In this document: positions 50,530 through 62,949 of the stretch, piece after piece | How the letters are laid out: every line of letters starts with the position of its first letter | How positions within the stretch are numbered: the first letter of the stretch is position 1 | NCBI GenBank assembly: GCA_024679065.1 | Contig: JAGIQG010000018.1 | Location: 25,358,001-25,422,000, forward strand | DNA: 64,000 bases | Reading direction: 5' to 3' | DNA from: Sphyrna mokarran | Taxonomy: Eukaryota | Notes under the pieces: generated by a model | Seen by the model: only the letters and a program-made list of their open reading frames with translations | Told to the model about the DNA's origin: nothing | Database searches by the model: none | Made by a program: the position numbers and the translations under genes

Positions 50530-51610
50530 TCCAGTATAGATACAACGTTGGCATTCACCCAGCAATGTACGGAAAAAGCAGGACAAATCCAACCCATCAA
50601 TTACCATGCGACAGTCTGCTCTCGATCATCAGTGAAGTGTTTTAGGGGTCAACAGTAGCACTATCAATAGGCACATACTCTGCAATAACCTGCTCACTGA
50701 TGCTCACTTTCCATTCTGCCAGGACCATCCAGCTTCTAATCTCACTGCAGCCTATGTTTAAAAATGGACAAAAGAGCTAAATGCCAGAGACAAGGTGAGA
50801 ATGACTGCCTTTGACATCAAGGCAGTATTTAATTGTGTGGGCATCAATGAGTCCCAGCAAAACCAAAGTCAATCCTCCTCTGGTTGGAGTCATACCTAAC
50901 AAAAAAGAGGATGGTTGTGTTTGTTGGAGATCGGTAGCTCAGTTCCAGGACATCACTTCAGGAGTTCCTTAGGGCAATGCCTACATCCAACCACCTTTGA
51001 CTGTTTCATCAATGACCTTCCTTTCATCACAAGGTCAGAAGTGGGGATGTTCACTGATGATTGCACAATGTTTAGTATCATTCATGACTCCTCAGATATT
51101 GAAGCAGTCCATATTCAAATACAACAAGACCTGGACAATATCGAGAATAGGACTGACAAGTGGCAAGTAACATTCATACCACACAAATGTCAGACAATGA
51201 CCATCACCAAGAAAAGAGAATCTAACCATTGCCCCTTGACATTTAATGGAATTACTATCACTGAATCCCTCACCATCAACATTCTGGGGATTAGCATTGA
51301 CCAGAAACTGAACTAGCCAGCCATATAAATATTGTGATTATAAGAGCAGGTCAGAGCCTAGGAATTCTATCGCAAGTAACTTACCTCCTGACTCCCCAAA
51401 GCCTGTATACCATTTACTAGGTGTAAGTCAGGGGTGTGACTGGACATTCTTCACTTGCTTGGATGACTGCAATTCCAACAACACTCAAGAAACCTGACAC
51501 TATCCAGATCAAAGCAGCCCACTTGATCGGCACTCTATCCACAAGCATTCACTCCCTCCACACAGAAAAACAGTGGTAGCAGCATGTATCATCTACAAGA
51601 TGCACTGTGG
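50530..51610 (+). mobile_element. LINE family B RT region
   Basis: ORF 50915-51316 FINDLPFITRSEVGMFTDDCTMF...IQQDLDNI...KWQVTFIPHKCQ; AFDIKAVF motif at ~50810. Confidence 0.85.
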
Positions 51611-51689
51611 GGTAGAGTTGTCCGCTGCTATAGGGAGGTGAAAATGAACAATCTTAGTGCTAACACGGATACGTGGTCATAAGCTCATC

Positions 51690-52110
51690 ATGGGGTGAAA
51701 TGTAGTACCAAGGTTATGGTTCAGCCTCAGACAGTTGCAAGTGTGAAGGGTGGAGTCAGTGATGAAGAATTGATTTTGTAGTACTAACCAAGGACAATAG
51801 GCCAGGACAATGTTCAACAGAAGAAAAACTCTGCTAATCCAGTACTGGATGTTGATCAGACAGTCTGATAATTTAGTGACAGTGAAGGAGTCAAGAGAGC
51901 TGGCCGTGAGGAAGAGCTGGGTTTTATCAGTAGACGTTTAAAAACTGACTGTGTTTTTGAATACTGCTGATAAGGTGAAAGATATAGATGAGAAATAGGA
52001 GCTGGAAAAGGACAGATCCTTGGGGGACATCAGAACTAATAGTATAGGAGTGAGAAATGAGGCTATAATTACATATATGAGATGGAACTAGGCAATTGTA
52101 GTTCCACCTT
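51690..52110 (-). mobile_element. L2 LINE RT fragment
   Basis: Minus strand DVPQGSVL..LLFLIY followed by a decayed ADDTQL.LT..SLD region. Confidence 0.6.
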
Positions 52111-52749
52111 TTCTCTCTCTCTTAATTCAATCTTCTTTCTTTCTCTATTTTTCTTTCTGCACCTAATTCATCTGCTTTAATTTCATGTCATTTCTCTGTT
52201 TCTGTCTCAATCCTTATATGTCAGTGGTTAAGTGGACAGTCTGTTAATCCTGTCGATTTCCAACAGCTGCATTTTATGGCTTCCCAGTGATGTATTTGAA
52301 GGTGTGGGATTTGTGAAATGAAGCAGGTGACCTTCTCACCATCTTTCTGGCCATCCTCAACCTGTCTCCCATGTTATTGCAGGCATGGAAGACATCGAGC
52401 AGCTCACCTATCCTTAGGCCTACTGCGCTTAACTAATGGCCATTTAAGGGTCTCATTTCACCTTCACTGCTGTGTTAAATGCAGCAGGAGAAGACAGAGG
52501 CAGAGTGAGTAGCCCTCTCTTGGCTGACCACTGTCGAACACAACAGTTGGGGTACTTTCATTAGGAACTCCACAGTTCCCATCAGAGCCACATCTCCCAA
52601 GATCAAACGCCTCTCCATTAACCCTTCCCTCAGACTCTCTAATTCACCCCCTCACTCTGAAACCCCAGCCAGATCCATCCAAAATTCTGGACTTACTTGG
52701 AGTCTGAGCTTCATGACTATTGACTGAGTGTAGTCCCAGCATTAGCCAC

Positions 52750-54862
52750 TACTTAAATATAAGCAAATTGTTGACCAGGGACATGGAACATTCTGGAGCA
52801 CAAGACTTCAGGACTACTGCTGGAATATTGTTAGGGTCCACAGACAAAGAACAAAGAACAACATAACACAGGAAATAGGCCCAACAAGCCAGCGCATCAT
52901 TCCAATCCTTCTTCTACCTATAACTTTTGCCTACGCCGCTTGGACTCCACAATAAAGGTGTGCAAATTTAGAGAATTTTATGTGTGCCAGATTGAGGAAG
53001 GTCTAATTTAAGGACAATTTGTTAACACCAAAATTAACACTTTGCGATATGTTGTGCCTTCAGTGTTTCTTAATATTATGTGAAGTAAATTAACTGAAGA
53101 CTGACATCTGTGATGCTGCGACCTTAGAGGAGGCTGAGATGGATCATCCATTTAGCACTTCTGGCTGAAGATTCTTGCAAATACAATTTTGCACTGATGT
53201 ACTGGGCTCCTCCATCATTGAGGATGAATGGTGATGAACAATGAACAACTCAGCCTTCTCTAAAAGTCCCAGCATCACAGATATCAGTCTTCAGTCAATT
53301 TACTCCACATAATATTAAGAAACACTGAAGGCACATCAAAGCGCAAAGTCTATGGACCCTGACAATATTCCAGCAATAGTCCTGAAGTCTTGTGCTCCAG
53401 AGTGTTCCATGCTGCCCCAGAGTTGTTCGTTATTCACCACCATTCACAACTGGATGTGACAAGACTACAGAACTTAGATCTGATCCGTTGGCTGTGGGAT
53501 CGATTAGCTCTGTCTATCATATGTAGCTTTTTGCTGTTTGACATGCATGTAGTCCATATTGTAGCTTCCCCAGGTTAACACCTCATTTTTAGATATGCCT
53601 AATGTTGCTCCTGGCATGTCCTCCTGAACTCTTCATTGAAGCAAGGCTGATTCCCTAGCTTGCTGGTACTGGTAGAGTGAAGGATTTATTAGACTATGAG
53701 GTTACAGAATGTGTTGATCCTGCTGTTGCTGATGGCTTTCAGCATGTCATGCATGAGTAATGTTTGAGTTGCTAGATCAGTTCAAAATATATCTCATTAG
53801 TTTGGCAATTGTTCCACATAACATAAGAGACTTTATCCTCAACGTAAAGACAGGACTTTGTTTCGGCAAAGATTGTGCAGTAGTCCCTGCTATTGATACT
53901 GTCCTTCTGGTATAGGGGTGGCAAGGTGGCATTGTGATTAGCACTGCTGCCTCACAGTGCCAGGGACACAGGTTCGATTCTGGCCTTGAGCGACTGTCTG
54001 TGTGGAGTTTGTGTGGGTTTTCTCCAGGTGCTCTGATTTTCTCCCATGCTCCAAAAATGGGGAGGTTAGGTGGATTAGCTATCATAAATTTTCCCATAGT
54101 GTCCAAATACGTAGGTTAGGGGGATTAGTGAGTAAATATGTGGAGTTAAAGGGATAGGACTTGGGTGGGAATTTTATCAATGCAGGTTCGATGGGCTGAA
54201 TTGTCTCCTTCTACACTGTGAGGATTCAATTGTGGTGATAATCTAAGCCTACTTGTCACATGAATAAATAAACTTTAGCAATTTTAGGACCTGGTAATTA
54301 TCTGGGAGGTTTCCTCAACTACGTTTGATCTGATGATATGGGGTCCAGAATCACTGTTGAGTACTCCCAGTGCAATTCCCTCCCAAGAAATACCTCTGTG
54401 CTAGTACCTCTGCTGGGTCTGTCCTGCCAGTGAGCGAAGACATACCTGGGGTTAGTAAAGGTGATGTCTGGGACATGATCTCTAAGGTATGATTATGTGA
54501 GTATAACTATACCAGGCTGTTGCTTGACTCAATGGGACAGCTCTGCCAATTTTGGTACAAGCCCAGATATTGTAAAGGATTGACAGGGTTTGGTTTGCCA
54601 TTATCATTACTGTGAAGAAGAGGATGCTGAGTGGTCCATCCAGTTTCAGTCCTTAGAGGCTTCGCAGCATAGCTGAGCAGCTTGCTACACGTCAACCACA
54701 TTGGCGTGGGACTAGATTCATATATAAAAAACAATGGTAAACCAGATGGGTTTTTAACAACAATCATCAATGATTTTATGGCCATCATTTGAGTTTTAAT
54801 TCCATATTTTTATTGCATATAAATTCCACCATGGGTCCCCAGAGCATTATGCCACCACTTCC
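52750..54862 (-). mobile_element. LINE family B 5' part: tRNA-like head, 5' leader and APE endonuclease start; contains inverted duplications and a nested V-SINE
   Basis: Minus strand head ggggaagtggtggcataatgctctgggg, then the family-B SINE-like body, then PKLAELSH*VKQQPGIVILT (APE N-terminus, ~54490-54560). Confidence 0.7.
53915..54230 (+). mobile_element. V-domain (HE1-like) tRNA-SINE, near full length
   Basis: ggtggcattgtgattagcactgctgcctcacagtgccagggacacaggttcgattc head, V-domain and CR1-type tail. Confidence 0.85.
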
Positions 54863-55424
54863 CCATTGTATGTCAAGTATTCTGAAATACTGTACTGCAC
54901 AAGTAACATGTTAAAGGGCATGTTGACATCGTTGTGAGGTTTTACTAAATGTCACTTACACAACTTCTTGCAATTTCTCTGCAAAACTTACAAAACTTCA
55001 GTGCTTCTTGAGGTCACTCTGCATTGCAAGGTAATCTTGGTGTGGAGCAGCTTCCAATGAGGTTGGAAGAGAGTGTTTTATGAAGCATTATGCTTAATTC
55101 TGTACTTAACCTGTAATGGATCTGCCTTAGGAGTGTTTGATAGGACATTGTTGAGGGAGGCTTACTCTGTCTCAATGATGTACCTGCCCAGGGAATGATT
55201 AAACTATGCAAACTCAATTGGATATTCCTCTCAGCACTGTTCTCTCCTTGATAAGGATATCCTGTTCTTATAATGGCTTGCAGAGAATGAATATTCCAAG
55301 GTTGAAAGTAAAATTTTCCATTACAAATTGAACCCATGTAAGAATTAAAATTAAATTAGAATCTAATTTAAATAAAATTATTTCAGTTTTGCCTAGACTG
55401 TCCATCAGGACTCTGTGTAAAGAA

Positions 55425-55888
55425 AGAAAGAACTTGCATTTTTACACCTTTCATGACCTCAGTGGCCCAAAGCACTTTACAGCTCATGCATTACTTTTTG
55501 AAGTGTGGTCACTGTTATAGCAGAGAAAACATGGCAGTCAATTTACACATAGCAACGTCCCATAAGCTGTGGTGTGATAATGATTAATTAATCTGTTTCA
55601 ATGTTAAATATTGGCCTGAACAATAGGGTAAAGTCCTCTGCTCTTCTAGAAAGTGGTGCCATGGGATTTTTTTTTTTATGTCCACTTGAGAGAGCAAATG
55701 GAGACTCTGTTTAATACTGCATGAAAAACATTTCCAACAGAGCTACACTCGCCTAATACTGCGCTTGCCCGGTACTGCACTGTACTGTTGGCCTGGATTA
55801 CAGACTCAAATCTCTGACATTGAGCTTGAAATCATGAGTTTGCAATTCAAGGTGAGAGTGCTGCCTTCTGAGCTATAGATGACACCAT
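55425..55888 (-). mobile_element. Deu-domain tRNA-SINE, near full length
   Basis: Minus strand tRNA-like head, aatccaggccaaca...gtgcagtac core, aaatcccatggcacc...gaagagcag and L2-type tail gtaaagtgctttgggc...tgcaagttctttc. Confidence 0.75.
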
Positions 55889-55912
55889 CAGGATCTTTTT
55901 GGAAAGAGATTG

Positions 55913-57060
55913 TGTTTTTCCAAAAATATACAATACTCATAGAATTTTTAAAAGTGCATAATTTAATAGATCATATTTGACATTATGTAAAATACAATAT
56001 AGAAACCCTACAATGCAGAAGGAGGCCATTCGACCCATCAAGTCTGCACCAATCACAATTCTACTTAGGCCCCACCTCCACATCCTCACATATTTACTCA
56101 CTAATCTATGCACCTCAAAACTCGTAAGGGGCAGTTTTTTTTAGCACAGCCAATCAACCTAACCTGCACATCTTTGGACTGTGGGAGGAAACCAGAGTAC
56201 CCAGAGGAAACCCACACAGACACGAAGAGAATATGCAAACTCCACACAGACAGTGACCCAAGCCAGAAACTGAACCCAGGTCCCTGGAGCTGTGAAGCAA
56301 CAGTGCTAACTACTATGCTATCGTGATGTCCTAGCCACCCTAATTTAATATAGATTAGTTTATTTCAATTTAGTACAGAAGGTGCCTTACTACACCTGCC
56401 ATTACAAGTTGTATTTACATAGTGCATTTAGATTTCACATCAAACACTCTGTGGGTTTGAACACTGTTTGCAATCTCTTGATAAACTATGGGAGGAGGAT
56501 CTTACATAGTGGCCTTCCTCTATTAAGCCTTTGTGTTGGCTTCCCCAAACTTTAGTACATTACTTAACACATAACCGTGGACCCTGGAATGTGCTGGTCA
56601 GCAGCACTCAGCTGTTGATAGCTCTTTGCAATGGAAAACCAACAAGTTTTGAGCAGACCAAAGAATACTTTTCACTGGGTTGATTGTCTTCCAACAGTGG
56701 TTAATTTTTACCTTTATGTACCTCTCTGAAAACAGCCTGTAGAGCAAAATCCTGCATTATGCAGTTGTAGGGATGAACTTGACAAAAATCCTGCATCAAT
56801 TTCCAGACCTGCTTTGCAAAGACACATTCCAGAAGCAGTTATGTCAAGGCCATGCAGGAAGGATCTGATGGGGAGGATCCTTCTCACCACCAGCTAAGTG
56901 ATGTCTTGGTGGTCATCTGTTCAAGGAGCCATCTGACAGAATCCACCATCTCCTTTCTCCACAGGACTTCAGGATATTTTGTGTGGACTACTGCCTAATT
57001 GATTTATGGTGAGTTTGAGAGAACAAATGTCAGCATAAGGACCTCCAATGAATGAGAAAT
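55913..57060 (-). mobile_element. Tx1-clade non-LTR retrotransposon 3' part with nested V-SINE (~55998-56342, minus)
   Basis: Minus strand LLLECVFAKQVWKL, INHCWKTINPVK, LWSAQNLLVFHCKELSTAECC and VLKFGEANTK motifs; same terminal tatatttttggaaaaa as the 4742 copy. Confidence 0.75.
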
Positions 57061-57419
57061 CCTTCTGTATATTACAACCTCACCCCTCTTTAAGGAACAT
57101 CTCACTCATATAGCTCAGAAACTGGACAGAGAATGTCAACATTTAATACAACTCCAGCAGAAAAATGCTTTTGTTAGCCATTGGATGGAGGAGCTGTGAC
57201 AAATTCAATTAAACCCTTATCCTAATGTGGCAATTGAAGATAATGTCTGCTCAAACCAGCCCTCATTAATTCACCTAATTATTTTTGTGACACACAATTA
57301 AAAGGTAAATTGCCGGGTTGCAATAAAACTGCTTCGGCACCATTAAATTTTGGAATTAAATTCAACTTGAATCTTTGAAAATCCTATGAGCCTTACTTTT
57401 CTTAAAAAAAATGACTTAA

Positions 57420-57935
57420 TGAAGCAACAGGAGGAGGCCATTCAGCCTCTTGAATCTGTTTTGCCTTTCAGTCAAATCCGTGCATTAGCTTTGTTTACCT
57501 GGCTTTTCTCCATGTCCCTTTTAACACTTACCTAAAAGATGTTTACCAATCTCAGTCTTTAACTTTAAATATCCACAGACTTTAGGGATTATAGTCCCAT
57601 ATTTCCATTAGTTGCGTAATAAATTCCTATGTGGCTTTACTCTTGAACTATAAGGTTATGTCCTTTGATCTGGATTCACCCACTAGAAGAAGTCATTTCT
57701 CTCTGTCCACCATATCAAATAATTTTATCGTTTTCTAAACTCAATTAGATCACTACTGACCGTTCTAAGCTCAAATGAATACAAACCTAATTCATACAGC
57801 CTATTATTTAACCCTTTAAACCTCAGTATCATTCTGGTGAGTTTGGATGATATTTACACATGTTCTCCCAGGTCGAAATATTTTTCCTGGATTGCAATGC
57901 TGAGAACTGAATGCAATTACTCCTCCAGATGTGAG
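57420..57935 (-). mobile_element. Old CR1 LINE 3' end
   Basis: Tail aggaggaggccattcagcctcttga; decayed ORF2 C-terminal motifs. Confidence 0.6.
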
Positions 57936-58423
57936 CTGGAATGAGAAATTTGAATTATTGATAGGGAATGAGGCCATACTATACCTGGTGTTTTCAGAGT
58001 CAGCCTCATGGACTCATTGATACAGAAAGAGGCATTGTTATCGATAAACGTTAAAAAATACACATGCATTTATATAGAGTTTTTCATGACTACTACATAT
58101 TTCAAACAGCCTTGAAGCCAATTAAGTACTTTTGGAAGTATAATCATGGCTGTACTGTAGGAAATCTGAATAGTCGATACAGCATGTATGCACGGTAAAC
58201 ACCCACAAACCGCAATGTTATAATGACCAGGTCATTAATTTTTGTAATATTTTATAACTGCTAGAGCCTGTAGCCTGGAACTCCATGTGGCAGAAGGAGC
58301 AAAAATGAGAAGAGGCAATGTTGTTTAATGCTTGGACCAATGTACAATCCACTTACATTATTGGGATAGTGAGGTAGAGTTTAGAAACATTTCGAAACAG
58401 TTATATCTGACTGCTATAAAATA

Positions 58424-58759
58424 TCTCACAAAGGAAAGACTTTACTTCCCATCTGCAAATCCTTCTCTTTCACCCCAGTGTAAAATTTGCAGATGACACA
58501 AAAGTAGTGGGATGGTAAGTTGTAATGAGAAAATAACTTTCTAAATAGAGAAAAAGACTTCTGAAAGTAAGTTGCCTTTCCATTTTTCTGATCAAAATGG
58601 ATAACCTCACACTTATCCACATTAACCTCCACCATTTATAAATTTCTTACTTTCTCATTACAACTTACCATCCCACTATTTTTGTGTCATCTGCAAATTT
58701 TACACTGGGGTGAAAGAGAAGGATTTGCAGATGGGAAGTAAAGTCTTTCCTTTGCGAGA
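58424..58759. repeat. 109-bp inverted repeat (58424-58532 / 58651-58759) with a 118-bp spacer inside a CR1 RT remnant
   Basis: Arms match at 107/109 by reverse complement. The arm contains KFADDTK. The spacer encodes EVNVDKCEVIHF on the minus strand, while the CR1 continues on the plus strand after 58759. Confidence 0.95.
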
Positions 58760-59140
58760 GGGATCTGGGTGTTCTTCTGCATGAATTGTAGAAAACTGGC
58801 AATCAGGTACAACAGTTAAATAAGAAAAGTGAATTGAATTTTGACATTTATGGCTAAAGGAACAGAATATAAAAGTAAGGAAATATTGCTGCAACTATAT
58901 AAGGCATTGATGACACTGCACCCAGAATACTGTGTATAGTTTTAGTCCCCTTATTTGAGAAAGGATAAAGTGCATTAGAGGTAGCTCAGAGGAGGTCCAC
59001 TAGATTGATTCCAGAGATGAGGGGCTTTTCTTATGAAGGAAGAGTGAACAGTTTAGGCCTAAACTCTCTAAAATTTAGAAGGATGAGAGAAGATTTAATT
59101 GAGGTATATAAGATGATAAAAGGTATTGACAAAGTAAACA
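58760..59140 (+). mobile_element. CR1 LINE fragment
   Basis: RDLGV, LQLYKALMTLHPEYCV and IPEMRGFSYEGRVNSLGL...DLIEVYKMIKGID motifs. Confidence 0.85.
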
Positions 59141-59149
59141 TATTTTGCT

Positions 59150-59255
59150 ACAACAAAAACAGAAAATGCTGGAAAATCTCAGGAGACCTGACAGCATTTG
59201 TGGAGGGAGAAGAGAGCCAATGCTTCAACTCTGGATGACCCTTCATTAGCTCTGA
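59150..59255 (-). mobile_element. Penelope-type terminal repeat with degenerate hammerhead-like core
   Basis: Minus strand ctaatga-agggtc-atcca-gagtt-gaagc, then ctccacaaatgctgtcaggtctcctgagattttccagcattttctgttttt. Confidence 0.65.
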
Positions 59256-62239
59256 ACAATCTGATAAGTCAGCAGCTCTAGCAGTCAAGGCAGCACCAAA
59301 GCTCAGTAGTGCACTGCTGAGATAGTAGGAAGGAGCACAATGGAAAGCAATGGTTGCTGCAGAAAGATAAGTCCCAGATCTTTAAGATGGGGAGAGATCC
59401 AAGAGTCTGGAGCAAAGAAGGGTGTAGAGGGAGAGGTAAGTTAGGAGTGGGTTTTGGAGGGCAGGAAGCGAGAAAGCAAATGGGCATGTGATGACATCTT
59501 GAAGGAAGAGGCCTAGATGCACACAGGACACCCCCTTACATGAGGTGGCCCAATCCCAACCCCAACCCCCAATCCTCCAATGGCTTCCTTGCACAGACTT
59601 TCATCCAGGCCTCAGAAAATATCCTGACCCTTTCTGCCTGGCTATCCATATGGAGTGGGGGGGAGTGTATTATCCCAGTCAGTAGGTTTGGTAGCAAGTC
59701 TAATTGACCTTTTATTATTAATTTAAATATGGAAGATGGCTGCCAATTTCAGTAGCTGCCCACTGGGCAAATTATATGGTTCAGCTCAGGATGAGCAGGA
59801 AGGTGGTGAGCTAGCAATCCAACATACATAATTTTTATGCCCCTCTTCCCCCTTTCCATAAACTGGGGACTAAAAAATTTAGGCCTCTGTTTTTCTATGT
59901 CTCTCTATTTATCTCTCTCTGCTCCTTCCTTGTCTTCCTTGCTCTTTGTTTCTCACACTTACTCTTTCTGACTCTATTGCTTTTTATCTCTCTTTCTCAC
60001 ACACGTCTTTAATATGTTCCCCTCAGTCTTTTGCCTGGTTACACTCGGACCTCCCTTTATCTGCAGACTTGCCAAAGTCCTGTGATTGCGCTACTGTTGT
60101 CTGTGTAGGAACCTGGTAAAGCCATAAGTAAAAGATGAAGAGCTCCATTATCAGTTTCGCACTGGTAAAAGCTGAGAATAATGAATGAGAAACCAATACT
60201 TCAATATATTTCAGCCGTCACCCTGTCATTTCTTCAAGTGCCTGATGTATAGCAACTATATATGCTTGGAAAATGAGCCCCAAAAGGGAACCTTCATAAA
60301 GAGGAAGTCTCAAAGTCAAAGTCCCCTTTAAATGAGAAAGTCCCAGGGCAGATGCAGAGAGTTGCCTTGAGATTTTAAGAATTGGGAGTTGTAGAGTCCA
60401 CGATAGAAGATTTACAAGAGGTACAGAAGGAGTTTCAATGGATGCAGAGGGCAGGAGTTTGCTTTCTGTGGCAGAGCCCTAACATCAGAGTCAAATGGAA
60501 GTCATAATCCCATATAGTGAGAAACAGACACTGGGTAGTCGATTTTTCCTAAATTGGCCAATTAGTAGCCAGAGGATGGACTCACCACCCAGTTAAGAAT
60601 GATGAGTGTGGTCTTGAAGCTGGAGGACTAAATGAAAGGTTCTCCAGCTCAAAAAGAGGTGAAGCCTACATTTCAGATAAGAGATACAGAGAGTGCCTTT
60701 ATTTTGAGGCACTCTTCCTAACTTATTACACTTTTAATTTAAGAATGTCTTCAGCATCCACTCCACAAGGTAGTCTGCAGCTATAGCTTTAGCCACAGAG
60801 GCAGGAGGGTTTTCAAAGCCTGCCAGAAGTACTGAATGACACCAGGATGCCACGTCCAGGCAACTGGCCTACTCCATGGTGCCTCAGGGGCCTGCAGGTC
60901 AACTGGAAAATTCTAATCAGCCTCTGACAATAGATATTAAATGACTTTTATATACCTTTTATTGACTGCCTGTGTGCAGGTAGACCTGCTGCCCACCTCC
61001 AGCAGAAGTGGACTTATAATGAAACATACAGCATGGCAGCGTGGGGCCCCAGCCAACTGGGAGGCCCCATATTAAGAGGTGGCTGTCTGAGCTGCAAACG
61101 AAGTCTGATAACTCTGAATTTGCTGAGAGACGCACTTGAGCCTATCAGCAGTCAGTGCAAAACAAAATTGGGTTCTGATTGATGAAGACCCTGAAAGGGG
61201 GAACACACTGTCCCAGACACTGAGAAGCAAAGGTGACTTGAGAACATTTTAGACAAATCTCCTGATTGGTCTGAAGTTTCCATTACTAAAGCAGCAGCCA
61301 GGTTTCTGACATTTGGGCCCAGCAGCCTGAGGCAACAGTGAGGTTGCTGACCTTGCATCTGGTTCTATGCCTGCAAGGCTTTCAGTGAGGACTGAGGGAG
61401 GAGACACTGGAAATGGCTGTCATGGGAACCAGTGAGGCAACTCTTGATCTCCAGCCCCAGGGCTGAGAAGGGCAGGTGGACAACCAACCAAACAAAGAAG
61501 AGAGACTATGTCAGGGCAGGCCAGATAAAGCCAGCAGCAGCAAGGTAGTACACATGGTTAATGAAGCTCAACACTCAGCTTCTCGGGCGAGAAGTGAGTC
61601 GCCAGGAAGCATAAGGGCCCGAGCCTGCAGTGAGGTGACTTTAGTAAATCAGCACGGGGAAGCTGACCCCCTGTGCACTGGAGGGCAAAGAAACCTGTTC
61701 CTTCTGAAAATTCATACTCTTTGAAATCAAGACAGGTCATTCAATATGAAGTGAATCTGACAGTCAGAAATACAGAAAGGTGAGGTAAGAGAATAAAGCT
61801 AAGCAAAAAGACAGTTTGGCACTTCACTTTAAAAGGTGGATGGGGTGTGGGCTGTAGGGGAAGGAGAGTGTGTGGGTGGGAGTTGTGGAGGTGGGGTAGT
61901 GTGGGGAGTGTGGGTAGGAGTGTGCAGGAGGGGAAGGGTGAGAGGCAGTTATGGAGGAGAGCATGGAGCCCTGAAAAATGTAAGTCCACTTCTGCCTCCA
62001 GTGAAATAGCCTGGGGGTGGAATGATGCCAGTAAAGCAGCAGGTCAGCCAGCAACTGTCCATAGGGTCCATGGGGGGAAGGAGAATGTGGACCTGGCATT
62101 TGGCCCAGAAATATATTTTGTTTTGAGCTGGTAGAACTCATTCAGCTGCCTTTAAGTAGTGTTGTGGATGTGTGAATAACTTCTCCACCCCATTGTCTTC
62201 AGTTTCTGCCCAAAACTGTTTACCACACAACAGACAGGA

Positions 62240-62700
62240 TGAGATTGCCGTAGAGTGTGTACAAAGGACATTTACAAGGATGTCGACTGAACTAGATAAC
62301 TTTAGTTAAGAAGAAAGACTGGATAAGCTGAGGTTGTTTTATTTGATACAGCAAAGCTGAGGAGAAATTTAACTGAATTGTATAACATTGTGAGGGGTCT
62401 AGATGAACAGATAGTAAGGCTCCATTATTCTTGGGCCATAAGCAGAAGGTATTGAGTTAGGGTCAGAGGTACAAGGATTAAAGATAATTCAAGAGGAAAT
62501 TTGATGGAGATGTGGATTTGGAATAGACTGCCTGAGAATGTGTTAGAGGCAAAACCTGTGGCATTTGAAAAATATGTGGATAATCACTTGAAATGCCATA
62601 ACAAAGAGATGGAAAGTAGGATTAGGCTGAATGGTTACTTGTCAGCCAGTATGGACATGATAGGCTGAATGGCCTCCTTTCAGACTGTAAATATCTGTGA
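62240..62700 (+). mobile_element. Old CR1 LINE 3' end
   Basis: VQRTFTRM, ERLDKLRL and WNRLP motifs; tail taggctgaatggcctcctttc. Confidence 0.7.
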
Positions 62701-62949
62701 TTTTATAAATAAAATCTATCATATCTGTTGTGTAAGAGCTATTATAAGGCAGCCCTAAGGAGGATACCATAATGAGATGGCTATATTGAGTGCTGTTACT
62801 AAATATTCTTCCACTTGCACAGCAATTCTATTAATTGCTTCACAATTGGATCAGCACTTTTATGTTTTTTGCTCAAAATATTCCCTATCCTAGATGCTCA
62901 TTATGTCACAGAATGCTTTATAATATCCACTGTCAGCAACAAGCACTGT

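Noticed and set aside
59880-60000. Long pyrimidine tract as a splice or triplex signal
   Set aside because: Degenerate (CT)-rich simple sequence; the downstream candidate exon (~60067-60115) has no support.
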